Below, piece after piece: positions 35,993-48,530 of a stretch of DNA of 64,000 nucleotides. Each line of letters starts with the position of its first letter. Position 1 is the first letter of the stretch. Position numbers and translations under genes: made by a program. The stretch is from an uncultured Pirellulaceae bacterium (lineage in GTDB: Bacteria; Planctomycetota; Planctomycetia; Pirellulales; Pirellulaceae), in NCBI GenBank assembly GCA_964425225.1, contig CAYRMD010000010.1, positions 16,712-80,711 on the forward strand. The letters are read 5' to 3'. The notes beneath the pieces are model-generated. The model was not told the origin of the DNA, did not search any database, and worked only from the letters and a program-made list of their open reading frames with translations.

Positions 35993-38900
35993 ATGGCTAT
36001 CCCAGCCCAAAGGCGTTTGGAGTTTCGCGAGATCCGTCGCTTTGGTAGCGGTCGGGAATATCCCGTACCGCCTGATTTGACGCAACTTCAGACGCAAAGC
36101 TATACAGCGTTCCTCCAACCGGACGTTCCACCGGATAAACGCAAAGACATCGGTCTAGAAGCGGCGCTGCGGGAAGTGTTTCCCATTGAAAGCTATGATA
36201 AGCAGATTCGTTTGGACTACCTCGGTTACACTCTAGGAAAGCCGCGGTACACACCCGACGAGTGTCGCCAGTTGCGTCTGACGTATGGACGCCCCATTCA
36301 CGTACGCTTGCGACTAACCAAACCGAACCATGAAGTGATCGAGGAGTCTGTCTACCTCGGTGAAATCCCGATAATGTTGGGAGGTGGTGAATTCATCATC
36401 AATGGTGCCGAGCGCGTGGTCGTCAGCCAATTGCACCGGAGTCCTGGAATCGACTTTGTCAAGGACGAGGAGGTTCAGGCGGATCACGATATTCCTAGTT
36501 GTCGGATTATCCCTGAACGGGGTAGTTGGATCGAGCTGAACATCACGAAAAAAGAGACCTTGGCTGTACGCATCGATCAGACCGGTAAGTTTTCGGTCAT
36601 GACGCTTCTTCGGGCGATGGATCCGGCTTTTAGTACCAATGCCGACATTTTGCGCGCATTTTATCCAACAACAGTCGAAAAAATTGTCGATGGACGCAGT
36701 GCCGCCAAAATTGAAAACAAGGTGGCCGTCGACGACATTGTTTATCCGCCGGATAGCGAACGGGCCGGCGAGATCATTGTCGAGGCCGGGCATCGCATTA
36801 CGAAAAATGCGGCAGAGATTATCTGTACCAGCGGGATGAAAAAAGTCGAAGTGATGCCCGCACCGGACAGTCCTTTGATCCTCAATAGTTTGTTGGAAGA
36901 TCCGTCGACCTGCCATGAGGATGCTTTGCTCCGTATCTACCAGCGCTTAAGGCCCGGCAATCCGCCTCAGTTGGAGAAAGCACGCACTCTGCTCCATGAG
37001 AAGTTCTACGATCCGAACCGATATCGGCTGGGCAAGGTGGGGCGGTTCCGCATTAATCGTCGGTTGGGGCTCAATGTGCCCGAAACCGTCATGACGTTGC
37101 GCCCGGAGGACCTGGTTTGCGCCATTAAGCATCTGGTGCACTTAGCGCAACAAGGCTCCTCGGCTCAGCTTGATGATATTGATCATCTGGGGAATCGGCG
37201 TTTGCGCACCATCGACGAATTGGCCTGTGAAGAGATCCGCAAAGGGCTCTTCAAAATGCGCCGCACGGCGCAGGAGCGCATGAACCAGAAGGATCTGGAG
37301 GAACTGACTCCTAAGAGCCTGATCAATCCCAAGAGTGTTTCGGCAGCCATTGAGTATTTCTTTGGACGCGGTGAGCTATCGCAGGTTGTCGACCAGACGA
37401 ACCCGTTGTCGCAGTTAACGCACGAGCGGCGGCTTTCGGCTTTAGGACCCGGCGGCTTGAACCGCAAACGCGCCGGTTTTGAAGTGCGCGACGTACACAT
37501 TTCGCATTACGGCCGCATTTGTCCCATTGAGACCCCTGAAGGAACGAACATCGGTCTGATTTCCAGCCTGGCCATCTATGCCAGCATTGACGAATACGGC
37601 TTTTTGACCACGCCGTACCGTAAGGTGAAAAAGGGTGTGGTAACCGATGAAATCGTCCGATTGCGAGCCGACGAAGAGGCGGAAGCCTATGTGGCACCGG
37701 CCGACACGAAATTAGACGGCAATCGTATCGTACCGGGTCCGCATCTGATTGCCCGGCACCGAGCCGATTTCGAATTGGTTACCCCCGAACAGATCAACTA
37801 TATGGATGTGGCGCCGAATCAAATGGTAGGCGTCTCGGCCGGCTTGATCCCATTCTTGGAGCACGATGATGCGAACCGAGCACTCATGGGTTCGAATATG
37901 CAACGTCAGGCTGTGCCCCTTTTGGTTTCCGAACCACCGTTGGTAGCCACCGGCTTGGAAAAGATCGTGGCCAGCAACTCCAGTATGGTGGTCAAGGCAC
38001 GCCGAGCCGGAAAGGTCACCTATGTGGATGCCGAGCGAATTGTTATTGGACAAGACGAATACCCGCTCAAGAAGTTCGTTCGTCTCAACGAGCGCACCTG
38101 TTTGAACCAAAAGCCCGTCGTTCGCGTGGGGGACAAAGTCGAAGCCGGACAGGTCATTGCCGATGGTGCGTCGACGTATGGGGGTGAGCTTGCCCTGGGC
38201 CGCAATGTCTTGGTCGGCTTTATGTCCTTTGATGGTTTTAACTTTGAGGATGCGATTATCATCTCTGAGGAACTGGTGCGCAACGATGTCTACACGTCGA
38301 TCCATATCGAAGTGTTTGACATCGAAATGCGGGAAACGAAACTGGGCCGGGAAGAATTCACGCGCGATATCCCCAACGTCAGCGAAAAGGCGTTGCGCAA
38401 CCTGGATGACAACGGTATCGTACACGTCGGCACTTACGTTAAGCCCGGCGATATTCTGGTAGGCAAGGTAGCCCCTAAATCGAAAACCGAATTGACCCCG
38501 GAAGAAAAACTCTTGCACGCCATCTTTGGAAGAGCTGGCGAAGATGTGAAAAATGAGTCGCTGGAAGTGCCCTCGGGCGTCGAAGGAATTGTGATCAGCA
38601 CGCAGAGGTTCTCACAACGGCGCAGTTTGAGTGAGGAGGAACGCAAGAAATTTGACAGGGAGTTAAAGGAAGCGGAACAGCAAGGAAACGCCCAAATTGC
38701 CGATGCTTTCCTGGAAATGATCGAAGCCATGGAGAAAGTAGTCGGCAAACCAATCACCGATGAAGACGGCACGCCATTGTCACGCGACCAAGATCTAAAG
38801 TTCTTGGTAGAAAAAGCGCAAAGTTTCCGTTTCGAGCAGGTAACCTCGCGTTTGCGGAGCGAGTCGAAGATCGCCGAGTTAGAGAAGCTGTATAAGAAGC

Positions 38901-39721
38901 ATTGGCCGTCGGTCGATCTGGCTATCGAGGCTCGCGATCGCCGCGTCAACAGCTTGCGTCGTGGCGAAGAGCTGCGCTCCGGTGTACTGCAAATGGTTCA
39001 AGTATTCGTCGCGACCAAGCGAGTGATCTCCGTAGGAGATAAGATGGCCGGTAGGCATGGCAATAAGGGTGTCGTGGCCAAAATCCTGCCGATCGAAGAT
39101 ATGCCGTATTTGGAAGATGGCACGCCCTTGCAAATCTTGCTCAACCCGCTGGGAGTTCCCAGCCGCATGAATGTCGGTCAAATTTTGGAGACCCACTTGG
39201 GTTGGGCCGGCGCGAAGCTTGGTTTCCAAGCGATTACACCGGTTTTCGACGGAGCCACCGAACAGGACATCAACCGCTGTCTGGAGGAGGCCAGCCTGCC
39301 ACGCCATGGTAAGACACGATTGTATGATGGACGCACCGGAGAACCCTTGAGCCAGGAGACCACGGTCGGTTACATCTACATGATGAAGCTCCATCATTTG
39401 GTCGACGATAAGGTTCATGCACGCAGTACGGGACCCTACTCGTTGATTACGCAACAGCCGTTGGGTGGTAAGGCTCGGTTTGGCGGCCAACGCTTTGGTG
39501 AAATGGAGGTGTGGGCGTTGGAGGCGTATGGTGCCGCGTATATCTTGCAGGAGTTATTGACCGTCAAGAGCGACGATGTGGAAGGGCGCACCAAGATATA
39601 TGAAGCCATGGTCAAAGGTGAAAACACGCTGGAAGCCGGCACACCCGCCAGCTTCGATGTGTTAACGAATGAAATCCGTGGTTTGGCATTGAATATTCAA
39701 CTGGAAAAACGGCGTGTCTGA
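35993..39721 (+). CDS. rpoB: DNA-directed RNA polymerase subunit beta
   Basis: Conserved blocks [49 protein letters not shown] and [23 protein letters not shown] 35993 lies 11 nt after AAGGAG. Confidence 0.98.
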   Translation: MAIPAQRRLEFREIRRFGSGREYPVPPDLTQLQTQSYTAFLQPDVPPDKRKDIGLEAALREVFPIESYDKQIRLDYLGYTLGKPRYTPDECRQLRLTYGRPIHVRLRLTKPNHEVIEESVYLGEIPIMLGGGEFIINGAERVVVSQLHRSPGIDFVKDEEVQADHDIPSCRIIPERGSWIELNITKKETLAVRIDQTGKFSVMTLLRAMDPAFSTNADILRAFYPTTVEKIVDGRSAAKIENKVAVDDIVYPPDSERAGEIIVEAGHRITKNAAEIICTSGMKKVEVMPAPDSPLILNSLLEDPSTCHEDALLRIYQRLRPGNPPQLEKARTLLHEKFYDPNRYRLGKVGRFRINRRLGLNVPETVMTLRPEDLVCAIKHLVHLAQQGSSAQLDDIDHLGNRRLRTIDELACEEIRKGLFKMRRTAQERMNQKDLEELTPKSLINPKSVSAAIEYFFGRGELSQVVDQTNPLSQLTHERRLSALGPGGLNRKRAGFEVRDVHISHYGRICPIETPEGTNIGLISSLAIYASIDEYGFLTTPYRKVKKGVVTDEIVRLRADEEAEAYVAPADTKLDGNRIVPGPHLIARHRADFELVTPEQINYMDVAPNQMVGVSAGLIPFLEHDDANRALMGSNMQRQAVPLLVSEPPLVATGLEKIVASNSSMVVKARRAGKVTYVDAERIVIGQDEYPLKKFVRLNERTCLNQKPVVRVGDKVEAGQVIADGASTYGGELALGRNVLVGFMSFDGFNFEDAIIISEELVRNDVYTSIHIEVFDIEMRETKLGREEFTRDIPNVSEKALRNLDDNGIVHVGTYVKPGDILVGKVAPKSKTELTPEEKLLHAIFGRAGEDVKNESLEVPSGVEGIVISTQRFSQRRSLSEEERKKFDRELKEAEQQGNAQIADAFLEMIEAMEKVVGKPITDEDGTPLSRDQDLKFLVEKAQSFRFEQVTSRLRSESKIAELEKLYKKHWPSVDLAIEARDRRVNSLRRGEELRSGVLQMVQVFVATKRVISVGDKMAGRHGNKGVVAKILPIEDMPYLEDGTPLQILLNPLGVPSRMNVGQILETHLGWAGAKLGFQAITPVFDGATEQDINRCLEEASLPRHGKTRLYDGRTGEPLSQETTVGYIYMMKLHHLVDDKVHARSTGPYSLITQQPLGGKARFGGQRFGEMEVWALEAYGAAYILQELLTVKSDDVEGRTKIYEAMVKGENTLEAGTPASFDVLTNEIRGLALNIQLEKRRV

Positions 39722-39822
39722 TCGGGGACAAGGCACGGAGCGTGGCGGTCGTTCCTCAGGCCGCCGACGCTCGATGTGGTTCACCCAACCCGGTAACCCA
39801 TTCTCACAAGGAGTTTGGAACC

Positions 39823-42800
39823 ATGTCGGCTAATGAAGGTTCCTACGACCGAATCAACGACTACACGGCTGTCAAAATCAGCCTGGCGCGTCGGGAGGAT
39901 ATTCTGGGTTGGTCGCACGGCGAGGTGAAAAAGGCCGAGACGATCAATTACCGCACCTACCGTCCGGAAAAAGACGGGTTGTTTTGTGAGCGGATTTTCG
40001 GACCGGAGAAGGACTGGGAATGCGCCTGCGGCAAATACCGCGGAATGAAGTATAAGGGGATGATTTGCGACCGCTGCAGCGTGAAAGTCACCCACTCCCG
40101 TGTGCGCCGCAAGCGCATGGGCCACATCCAGTTGGCAACTCCGGTAGTCCACATCTGGTTTTTCAAGTCGATACCCAGCCGTTTGGGTACCCTGTTGGAG
40201 ATGAAAACCAGTAGTCTGGAGAAGGTGATCTATTACCAGGACTACGTGGTCATTGATCCGAAGGATACACCGCTTCAATCCCAACAGTTGCTGACGGCCG
40301 AAGAGTATCGCGACGCGCGGGCTCAATACGGTGAAGGCGCATTCGAAGCCGACATCGGCGCATCGGCCATCCGCAAACTCCTGCAACGTTTAGATCTGGT
40401 GGCCTTGTCGCGCCAATTGCGAGAGGAGTTAGCCTCGACCGAGGCAAAGCAGCGGAAAAAAGATCTGATTAATCGCTTGAAACTCGTGGAAGCGATCCGC
40501 GACAGCGACAATCGTCCCGAATGGATGGTGTTGGATGTCATTCCGGTGATCCCGCCCGACCTTCGCCCCTTAGTACTTCTGGATTCCGGCCATTTTGCCA
40601 CCAGCGACTTGAACGATTTGTATCGGCGGATCATCAACCGGAACAACCGCCTGCGCAAGCTCATCGATCTGAATGCTCCCGAAGTGATCATCCATAACGA
40701 GAAACGGATGGTTCAGCAGTCGGTCGATGCTTTGTTCGACAACGCGCGCTGTCGACGTCCGGTTGTTGGTAGTAGCAATCGTCCCCTGAAATCGCTTACC
40801 GACATGATCAAAGGCAAGCAGGGGCGGTTCCGCGAAAACCTCCTCGGCAAACGCGTCGATTATTCAGCACGCAGCGTCATTGTCGTGGGGCCCACGTTGA
40901 AACTGCACCAATGTGGTTTGCCGAAAAAGATCGCCCTGGAACTCTATCAGCCCTTTATTATCCGGCAACTCAAAGAGCTCCAACATGCCGATACCATCAA
41001 GAGCGCTAAGAAGATGCTCGAGCGGCGGGACGAGGAAGTGTGGGATATTCTCGAACAGGTCATCCGCAACCATCCCGTGTTGCTCAACCGAGCTCCCACG
41101 CTGCACCGCATGGGCATTCAGGCGTTCGAGCCGGTGTTAGTGGAAGGCAATGCGATCCATTTGCATCCGCTGGTGTGCCGAGGTTTCAATGCGGACTTCG
41201 ATGGCGACCAAATGGCGGTGCATCTGCCGTTGTCGATCGAAGCGCAGGTAGAAGCCCACACGCTGATGATGTCGACTCACAACATTTTCGCTCCCGCCAA
41301 CGGACGCCCGATCATGAGTCCTTCACAAGACATCGTGATGGGCTGCAACTACATCACGCTGATGTTGCCCAATCGTAAAGGCGACGGGATGGTTTTCGCC
41401 TCGTTGGAAGAAGCGGATCTAGCGTATTCGTTGGGCATCATCGATATGCATGCTCGGATCAAAGTCCGCTTGCCCAAGGACCGGCGCGTCAAGACCGAAG
41501 ATGATACTCCGTTGCCACCCGGCCAGGTCATCGAAACGACGTACGGACGCATTCTGTTCAACATGATGTTGCCCAAGGGCATGGACTTTTATAACCAGCC
41601 GCTCAAAAGCGGCGACCTTGCCAACGTAATCTCAGATTGTTATCAGCGGCTAGGTCGCCGAGCGACGATTCAGTTGTTAGATGACATGATGCGCCTTGGC
41701 TTCCGTGAAAGTACGCGAAGCGGTTTGTCGTTTGCCACTGACGATCTTCTCACCCCGCCGTCGAAGCCCCATATCATCGCCGAGGCAGATAAGGTGGTGA
41801 TGAAATTGCGGCGCAATTACGAACGCGGGGCAATTACCGATCAGGAACGCTACAACCAGGTGATCGAGCAGTGGACGCACGTGCGCGAGCAGATTACTAA
41901 GGAGATGCTCGAGTGTATGGAACGGGACGATCGCGGAGGAGGCTATGTTAACCCGGTATTCCTGATGGCAAACTCGGGTGCCCGAGGCGGCATCGAACAG
42001 ATTCGGCAGTTGGCCGGTATGCGCGGTCTGATGGCCAAACCCAACGGTCAGATTTTGGAAACACCGATCAAGTCGAATTTCCGGGAAGGCCTGACCGTAC
42101 TGGAGTATTTCAGCTCCACACACGGTGCCCGTAAAGGGCTAGCCGATACGGCGCTTAAGACCGCTGACTCCGGTTACCTGACCCGAAAGCTCGCCGACGT
42201 CGCCCAGAACGTGGTAGTCACGATGCACGATTGCGGTACGTCCCAGGGCATTACCAAAGGAGTGATTTACCGCGGCGAGAAAGTCGAGGTACGCTTGTCG
42301 GATGCCATCTGTGGTCGTGTCAGTCGCCAAAACATTGTCGACCCGGTCACCGACGAGGTAATTGTTCGAGAAAACGAATTGATCACGGCCGAAATCGCTC
42401 GGCGTATCGAAGACCTTGGTCTGGAGAAAATCCAGGTTCGTAGTCCGATGACATGTGACGCGCCCTTGGGGGTCTGCCAACTGTGCTATGGCATGGACTT
42501 ATCGACGGGCGACTTAGTCGAAGAAGGGATGGCCGTTGGCATTATTGCTGCGCAAAGCATCGGCGAACCCGGAACCCAATTGACGATGCGGACCTTCCAT
42601 ATTGGCGGTTCCGCACAAACGCAACTTGAAGAACATGAGATCGTTGCCAAACGGGCCGGGACGGTGCACTTTACGCGCATCAAATCCACTCGCAATCGCG
42701 AAGGACGCAGCATCGTCCTTAAGGCAAATGGCGAAATCGCCTTGCTCGATTCCAAAGGGCGCGAGCTGGAAAAATACGATGTCCCCATGGGCGCAACCCT

Positions 42801-44142
42801 GCTCGTCGATGAAAACCAGCAAGTGCAAGCTGGCCAGAAGTTGTGCGAATGGGACCCGCACAGTGTTCCAATCTTGTGCGAAGTGGCCGGTAAGGTGCGT
42901 TATGAGGACGTTATCGAGGGTGTGACGGTGCGGATGGAAAAAGACCCGACGGGACACATCCGCCGGCGCATCATCGATTTCCGCGGCGATTACCAGCCGC
43001 AGATCGTTGTGGAAAGCCCCGACGGAGTCGTGCTGGACGTCTACTTCCTACACGAAAAAGCACATATCGAAGTCGAAGAAGGCCAATTGGTTAGCCCAGG
43101 TGATGTGTTAGCCAAGACGCCGCGTGAAGTGTCCGGTATTACGGATATCACCGGCGGCTTGCCCCGGGTAACCGAATTGTTCGAAGCTCGTCGACCGAAA
43201 GATCCGGCGGTAATGGCTGAGATCGACGGACGGGTAGAGATTTCTACCGAAAAGAAACGCGGAAAGCGATCGATCAAGATCATTCCTGAAGTGGGGGAAC
43301 CGGTCGAGCACTTGCTGCCATATGGCAAACGGCTCCTGGTGCACTCCGGCGACTATGTGCGCGCCGGTGCACCGTTGATCGAAGGTCCACTTGAGCCGCA
43401 CGACATTTTGCGCGTATCCGGTGAAGAAGCCGTGCAACAGTATCTGTTGCATGAAATCCAGCAAGTTTACCGCAGCCAGCGCGTGGATATCAATGATAAA
43501 CATATCGAAATCATTATTGCTCGCATGCTCCGCAAAGTACACATTGACGACGCCGGAGACACCAATTTGTTGCCGGGCAGTGAAATGGATAAGTTTGAAT
43601 TCCGAGCGGTTAATGAGCGCTTGCGCCAATGTGTGAAGATAACGGATCCAGGTTCGACGGATTTCGAGGTGGGAGCTATTGTGCCGCGTGAAGTTTTCGA
43701 GCAGCGCAATGCACAGATTGCGGCGCTCGGAGGCCAGCCGGCTAAGGGTACGAAGCCCCAAGAAGCTACCGCAAGCACCCAACTGTTGGGAATTACCCGT
43801 GCCGCGGTGCAAAGTGACAGCTTTATCTCGGCCGCTAGCTTCCAGGAGACCACCAAAGTGCTTACCGAGGCAGCCCTGGCTGGAAAAGTCGACCGCTTGG
43901 TCGGGTTAAAGGAAAACGTGATTCTTGGCCACCTGATTCCCGCCGGTACAGGATTCCGACTCTATCAAGAGGCCGATGTGCGTTTCCATCCCGAGGCGCT
44001 CGAGGCACTCACCAGCTCGGTGTCGCGCCCATCGCATGCCAGCTTCCCGCTGTTGCAGCCGGGCAACGGTGATGGTGCCGAAAGCACTCAGGCAGTCGAA
44101 GGAACCGGTGCTTTGGATCGCTTGCTCGGTGGTGAAACCTAA
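39823..44142 (+). CDS. rpoC: DNA-directed RNA polymerase subunit beta prime
   Basis: Zn-binding CACGKY...CDRC, catalytic [12 protein letters not shown], and trigger-loop and bridge-helix blocks. AAGGAG lies before ATG 39823. Confidence 0.98.
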   Translation: MSANEGSYDRINDYTAVKISLARREDILGWSHGEVKKAETINYRTYRPEKDGLFCERIFGPEKDWECACGKYRGMKYKGMICDRCSVKVTHSRVRRKRMGHIQLATPVVHIWFFKSIPSRLGTLLEMKTSSLEKVIYYQDYVVIDPKDTPLQSQQLLTAEEYRDARAQYGEGAFEADIGASAIRKLLQRLDLVALSRQLREELASTEAKQRKKDLINRLKLVEAIRDSDNRPEWMVLDVIPVIPPDLRPLVLLDSGHFATSDLNDLYRRIINRNNRLRKLIDLNAPEVIIHNEKRMVQQSVDALFDNARCRRPVVGSSNRPLKSLTDMIKGKQGRFRENLLGKRVDYSARSVIVVGPTLKLHQCGLPKKIALELYQPFIIRQLKELQHADTIKSAKKMLERRDEEVWDILEQVIRNHPVLLNRAPTLHRMGIQAFEPVLVEGNAIHLHPLVCRGFNADFDGDQMAVHLPLSIEAQVEAHTLMMSTHNIFAPANGRPIMSPSQDIVMGCNYITLMLPNRKGDGMVFASLEEADLAYSLGIIDMHARIKVRLPKDRRVKTEDDTPLPPGQVIETTYGRILFNMMLPKGMDFYNQPLKSGDLANVISDCYQRLGRRATIQLLDDMMRLGFRESTRSGLSFATDDLLTPPSKPHIIAEADKVVMKLRRNYERGAITDQERYNQVIEQWTHVREQITKEMLECMERDDRGGGYVNPVFLMANSGARGGIEQIRQLAGMRGLMAKPNGQILETPIKSNFREGLTVLEYFSSTHGARKGLADTALKTADSGYLTRKLADVAQNVVVTMHDCGTSQGITKGVIYRGEKVEVRLSDAICGRVSRQNIVDPVTDEVIVRENELITAEIARRIEDLGLEKIQVRSPMTCDAPLGVCQLCYGMDLSTGDLVEEGMAVGIIAAQSIGEPGTQLTMRTFHIGGSAQTQLEEHEIVAKRAGTVHFTRIKSTRNREGRSIVLKANGEIALLDSKGRELEKYDVPMGATLLVDENQQVQAGQKLCEWDPHSVPILCEVAGKVRYEDVIEGVTVRMEKDPTGHIRRRIIDFRGDYQPQIVVESPDGVVLDVYFLHEKAHIEVEEGQLVSPGDVLAKTPREVSGITDITGGLPRVTELFEARRPKDPAVMAEIDGRVEISTEKKRGKRSIKIIPEVGEPVEHLLPYGKRLLVHSGDYVRAGAPLIEGPLEPHDILRVSGEEAVQQYLLHEIQQVYRSQRVDINDKHIEIIIARMLRKVHIDDAGDTNLLPGSEMDKFEFRAVNERLRQCVKITDPGSTDFEVGAIVPREVFEQRNAQIAALGGQPAKGTKPQEATASTQLLGITRAAVQSDSFISAASFQETTKVLTEAALAGKVDRLVGLKENVILGHLIPAGTGFRLYQEADVRFHPEALEALTSSVSRPSHASFPLLQPGNGDGAESTQAVEGTGALDRLLGGET

Positions 44143-44269
44143 CCAATGTAGCCGGTTGATCCAACGCGGGCATTGACGTGCAGGCACGTCGTGCTCAAAA
44201 TACATGTTCCTACCTGGACCGGTGGTAGCTCGTTGGCTGCCTGTTTAAAGAACTGCATCAGGAGAAATT

Positions 44270-44644
44270 ATGCCCACGATCAACCAGTTGGTACGCCGTC
44301 CACGGCGGCCAAAACGCAAACATAGCAAGTCCCCGGTTCTAGAAGGCTGCCCGCAAAAGCAGGGAGTTTGCCTTCAGGTAAAAACCATGACGCCAAAAAA
44401 GCCCAACTCGGCATTACGTAAAATTGCTCGAGTGCGGCTCAGCAATGGCAAGGAGGTCACCGTTTACATCCCAGGGGAAGGACATAATTTGCAGGTGCAC
44501 AATATTGTGTTGGTACGGGGTGGGCGCGTACGGGATCTGCCCGGTGTGCGGTACCAGGTAATTCGTGGTACCCGCGACACGTTAGGAGTCGAAGGGCGAC
44601 GACAGTCGCGTAGCCGTTACGGAGCCAAGAAACCCACCAAATAG
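44270..44644 (+). CDS. rpsL: 30S ribosomal protein S12
   Basis: [12 protein letters not shown]...[11 protein letters not shown]...[14 protein letters not shown]. Confidence 0.98.
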   Translation: MPTINQLVRRPRRPKRKHSKSPVLEGCPQKQGVCLQVKTMTPKKPNSALRKIARVRLSNGKEVTVYIPGEGHNLQVHNIVLVRGGRVRDLPGVRYQVIRGTRDTLGVEGRRQSRSRYGAKKPTK

Positions 44645-44706
44645 ATCTCCGTGGCTTTGCGGCTGTAAATCAACTCGGCCGGCCCGGTGACCGAGGAGGT
44701 TGTCCT

Positions 44707-45177
44707 ATGGGACGCAGGACTGCTAGTGCTATACAATTGAAACCCGATCCTAAGTACGGCTCGCTATTGGTAAGCAAATTCATTAATTGTTTGATGCATA
44801 ACGGCAAGAAATCTGTTGCCCAAAGACTGTTTTATCAGGCAATGGACGAAATCCGCCGGAAGGCTCCGGACAAAGATCCACTGGAAGTATTTCAACAGGC
44901 CGTTGAAAACGTCAAACCCCAAATTGAAGTGCGTTCCCGGCGGGTCGGGGGGGCTGCGTATCAGGTACCCATGCAGGTAAGTCGGAACCGGCAGCAATCG
45001 CTGGCGATCCGCTGGATTGTGATGGCAGCGCGCGAGAAAAAAGGGCGCGCGATGTATTTGAAGTTGGCCGATGAGCTTCTAGCAGCTTACAATCGGGAGG
45101 GAGCGGCGATTGCCCGCCGCGAACAGGTTCACCGGATGGCGGAGGCAAACAAGGCATTCGCGCATTTTGCCTGGTAA
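44707..45177 (+). CDS. rpsG: 30S ribosomal protein S7
   Basis: [27 protein letters not shown]...[15 protein letters not shown]...[12 protein letters not shown]. Confidence 0.97.
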   Translation: MGRRTASAIQLKPDPKYGSLLVSKFINCLMHNGKKSVAQRLFYQAMDEIRRKAPDKDPLEVFQQAVENVKPQIEVRSRRVGGAAYQVPMQVSRNRQQSLAIRWIVMAAREKKGRAMYLKLADELLAAYNREGAAIARREQVHRMAEANKAFAHFAW

Positions 45178-45276
45178 ATATCCTCAGCCCAGCAACCGCG
45201 CCGGTGCTTTGCGACAGCATTGCGTGCGGTTTTTTTTTGCGCATGTTATCGTGCCGCTTCCAGGAGCAGCCATGCT

Positions 45277-47364
45277 ATGGCACGGCAAATCGAAAAGCTT
45301 CGCAACATTGGGATCATCGCCCATATCGATGCAGGTAAAACGACGCTCACCGAGCGCATGCTCTTTTATAGCGGCGCCAAGCATCGAGTCGGTTATGTCG
45401 ACGAAGGTACGACGGAAACGGATGAAGATCCCGAAGAGCAAGAACGCGGTATCACAATTTATGCCGCCTGTGTTACATTCCGGTGGCGCGATGCCCATAT
45501 TAACCTGCTCGATACTCCCGGACACGTAGACTTTACGGCAGAAGTCGAACGCTGTCTCCGCGTCCTGGATGGAGCCGTGGTGGTATTCAGTGCCCGGGAG
45601 GGAGTCGAAGCGCAAAGTGAAACGGTTTGGCATCAGGCCGATCGTTACCGAGTTCCCCGGTTAGCGTTCATCAACAAACTGGACCGCGAAGGTGCGGATT
45701 TCTATGCGGTGCTGGGGCAAATGCGAGAACGCCTTCATGCCGAACCCCTGGTCCTGCAAATACCGGCGGGGCAAGGTCCCCCGCACGGCTCCGACCCCTT
45801 TCGAGGCGTCATCGATCTCATTGAGCAGAAATTGCTCGTTTTCGACCCCCACACCGAGGGAAAATTGATTCATTATGAGTCGATCCCTGCTTCCCTGCAG
45901 GAGGAAGCGCAAATTTGGCGTGCTACTCTGGTGGAAACACTCTATAACTACAGCGACCAATTAATGGAGCTGGCCCTCCAAGAAAAACCGATTCCTAACG
46001 AATTAATCCGAAAGGTAATTCGTCAGTGTACGGTCAATCATCAGGTGCAACCGGTCCTTTGTGGTTCGGCTTTGCACGGCATTGGCGTACAACCCGTGCT
46101 CGACGCGGTCGTGGATTACCTTCCCAGTCCGTTGGATCTGCCCCCCGTGGAAGGTACTGACTTGGATCGGCGTTCTCCCAAAAAACTAATCCGCAAGCCT
46201 TTGGATAGCGAGCCGTTTTGTGCATTGGTCTTCAAAGTGATCCCCGCAAAAACGGGAGATTGGGTTTGGGTGCGCGTCTATTCCGGACAGCTCAAAGCCA
46301 ACTCACGCGTCCTCAATCCCGGTAAGGATAAGAAGGAAAATGTCTCTCAGCTTTGGCAAATTCATGCCACGAAAAGACAGCGGGATGGACAGGTCGACCA
46401 AGTCGCGGCTGGGGACATCGTGGGCCTGATTGGCCCTCGCTATTCGGTTACGGGCGATACCTTGTGTGACCCGAAGCATCCCATTCTTTTAGAGCCAATC
46501 CAATTCCCAGACACGGTGATTTCGATGTCGATCGAGCCGGAAACGTCGTTGGAACGCGACAAGCTCCGTGAAGCCTTGGAAATGCTCAAGCGGCAAGATC
46601 CGACGCTTCACGTGCGCACGGAAGACTCGGGCCAGACGGTCTTGTCCGGGATGGGTGAGTTGCACTTGGAAATTGTCAAGAATCGTCTTCTCCGGGATTT
46701 TCGGCTTAATGTTCGATTCCGGCCGCCGCAGGTAAATTATCGGGAAACCGTGGCGCACGCAGCCGAGGCCACGGGTGAATGCCACCGACAAATGGCCGGA
46801 CAAACGTTGTTCGCTCGTGTACGCCTGCGGCTGGAACCGGGCAGCGTCGAGGGTGCGCCGGGTGCCGTACGCAATGAGTGTCCGGCCGAACGTGTACCAC
46901 CTGAGTATTTGTCGGCCATCCTTGATGAGTTGCGGACGGCTACGTATGGCAGTGGGCCGATCAGCGGTTCGCCTCTGATGAATATTGTTGTGACGCTTTT
47001 GGACGCCGAGCTCACGGAACAGAGCAACGAAGTGGCATTTCGGATCGCCGCACGCGATGCATTCGATAAAGCACTGCAGGAAGCCCGGGCTGTGCTCCTG
47101 GAACCGATCATGCGATTGGTCGTCACTACTCCGGAGGAGTTTCTGGGCGACCTGGTGAACGACCTTCAACAACGGCGGGCTCTCATCGAAAAAACCGAAA
47201 TCCGCGGTCCCGTGGCGGTGATCTCAGCCCGCGCACCGCTTAAGGAATTGTTCGGTTACTCGAGTGCCATGCGGAGCCTCAGTCAGGGCCGCGCAAGCTG
47301 CTCAATCGAACCACTAGAATATGCCCCCGCGCCGGAAGCCGATATCGAGCGATTCCGTTACTGA
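45277..47364 (+). CDS. fusA: Elongation factor G (divergent, possibly spd-type paralogue)
   Basis: [28 protein letters not shown], NKLD and domains II-V. The effector region reads [17 protein letters not shown] instead of the common [22 protein letters not shown] lies before ATG 45277. Confidence 0.93.
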   Translation: [695 protein letters not shown]

Positions 47365-47560
47365 GCTTGCCTTTTCGCCGTTCTCTTTCACTGGGGATAC
47401 CCCCTAGTGCATCGGTATTTTCTATACTTCCCCCGATGTTTTTCACGGCATGCTGTTTTTCGATCCAGACCAAAAGGTCAGCGGCTCGTCAGCTTCCTAG
47501 TACTTCCCAGGCTGTTGCCGCATCGAGCACAACTATCGTGCAGCATGCTCGACATGCGGC

Positions 47561-48014
47561 GATGTGCTTGCCTGTGATGCCGATCGCGACCCGAGGGAAC
47601 AAGCACTAACCCATCCTCTTGTGGAGTTTTTGGTTAGTTTGGACCAAGCCGGAGTGCACAAAGAGTCTTTTCCCGCAAATCGGCATCGGTGTGACTAGCT
47701 GACTGATCTACTTGTTTATTTCGCCTTTGCGCCTTCGCGTTACATCAATATTTACCCCCAAACGTCGTGCGTCGTGCAAGGCCGTCATACGGCGCTGAAG
47801 GTGCTCTACCCTTTGCAAGCCGAAGTGTTTGCGTTACTGTTGAATGAATTAGCTGCGACGAGTCGCGTGGACGAGAGGGTAGCTGGGGGCTCGTTCGGTG
47901 CACGAGCCGGTTGATCGGTTGTGTGTAGATGATACGGCTCTTGACCGCCTGGCTGCGCTCGCCTACACTGTTTTGTTTACCAGCACGTGGGCAGCATGCA
48001 ACAAGACAAAGTGG
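47561..48014 (+). repeat. Probable diverged copy of the short element family (copy E), between fusA and rpsJ
   Basis: gatgtgcttgcctgtgatg (47561) resembles the TIR. cgcctttgcgccttcgcgttac (47722-47743) and tttgcgttactgttgaatgaatt resemble gcgcctttgcgttgaattgaatt. aacaagacaaagtgg (48000-48014) is a weak opposite end. Confidence 0.4.
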
Positions 48015-48058
48015 CTCGGTTTGGTGCCGCGCGAGAATAAAGCGGAACGTGAACGACA

Positions 48059-48382
48059 ATGATGCGCGAGACGATACGCATACGGATGGAGGCGTATGAC
48101 CACGCCATCCTCGATCAGAGTGCTCAAGAGATCGTGGATACGGCCCGGCGTACGGACTCGAAGGTCTACGGTCCGATACCATTGCCGACACGGATCGAAC
48201 GCTATACCGTGTTGTCGGGGCCCAACATCGACAAGAAGGCTCGGCAGCAGTTTGAAATCCGAACGCACAAGCGACTGATCGACATTGTCGATGCCACAGC
48301 TCGAACGATTGAAGCGCTGAACAAATTGAGCTTACCGGGGGGCATCGATATCAAGATCAAAGCTAAGTTATCGGAGCGATAG
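48059..48382 (+). CDS. rpsJ: 30S ribosomal protein S10
   Basis: [27 protein letters not shown]...[39 protein letters not shown]. Confidence 0.97.
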   Translation: MMRETIRIRMEAYDHAILDQSAQEIVDTARRTDSKVYGPIPLPTRIERYTVLSGPNIDKKARQQFEIRTHKRLIDIVDATARTIEALNKLSLPGGIDIKIKAKLSER

Positions 48383-48530
48383 CCACCTGTTCGGGGCAGC
48401 GGCGGGGGGTTCAGAAACCTGATTTGGTAGTTTCTCCATCGGAAGCGAATTGACTATGGGACGGAAGTCCCGCCGGTAACGCCGCACATTGACGGAAGGT
48501 CCGGTGGGGCAAGCACGAAGGGCACGAACG

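Noticed and set aside
37712-38518. Long antisense ORFs inside conserved genes. Examples: 37712-38518(-) in rpoB, 38879-39490(-), 39781-40386(-) and 43108-43812(-) in rpoC, 31040-32107(-) across tuf/tRNA-Trp/secE, 50268-51173(-) in rplB, 22627-23340(-) in the peptidase, and 46489-47172(-) in fusA.
   Set aside because: They lie entirely opposite strongly conserved, motif-verified genes. Their products are low-complexity and Arg/Ser/Pro-rich, as expected from GC-rich antisense frames, and none has a recognisable motif.
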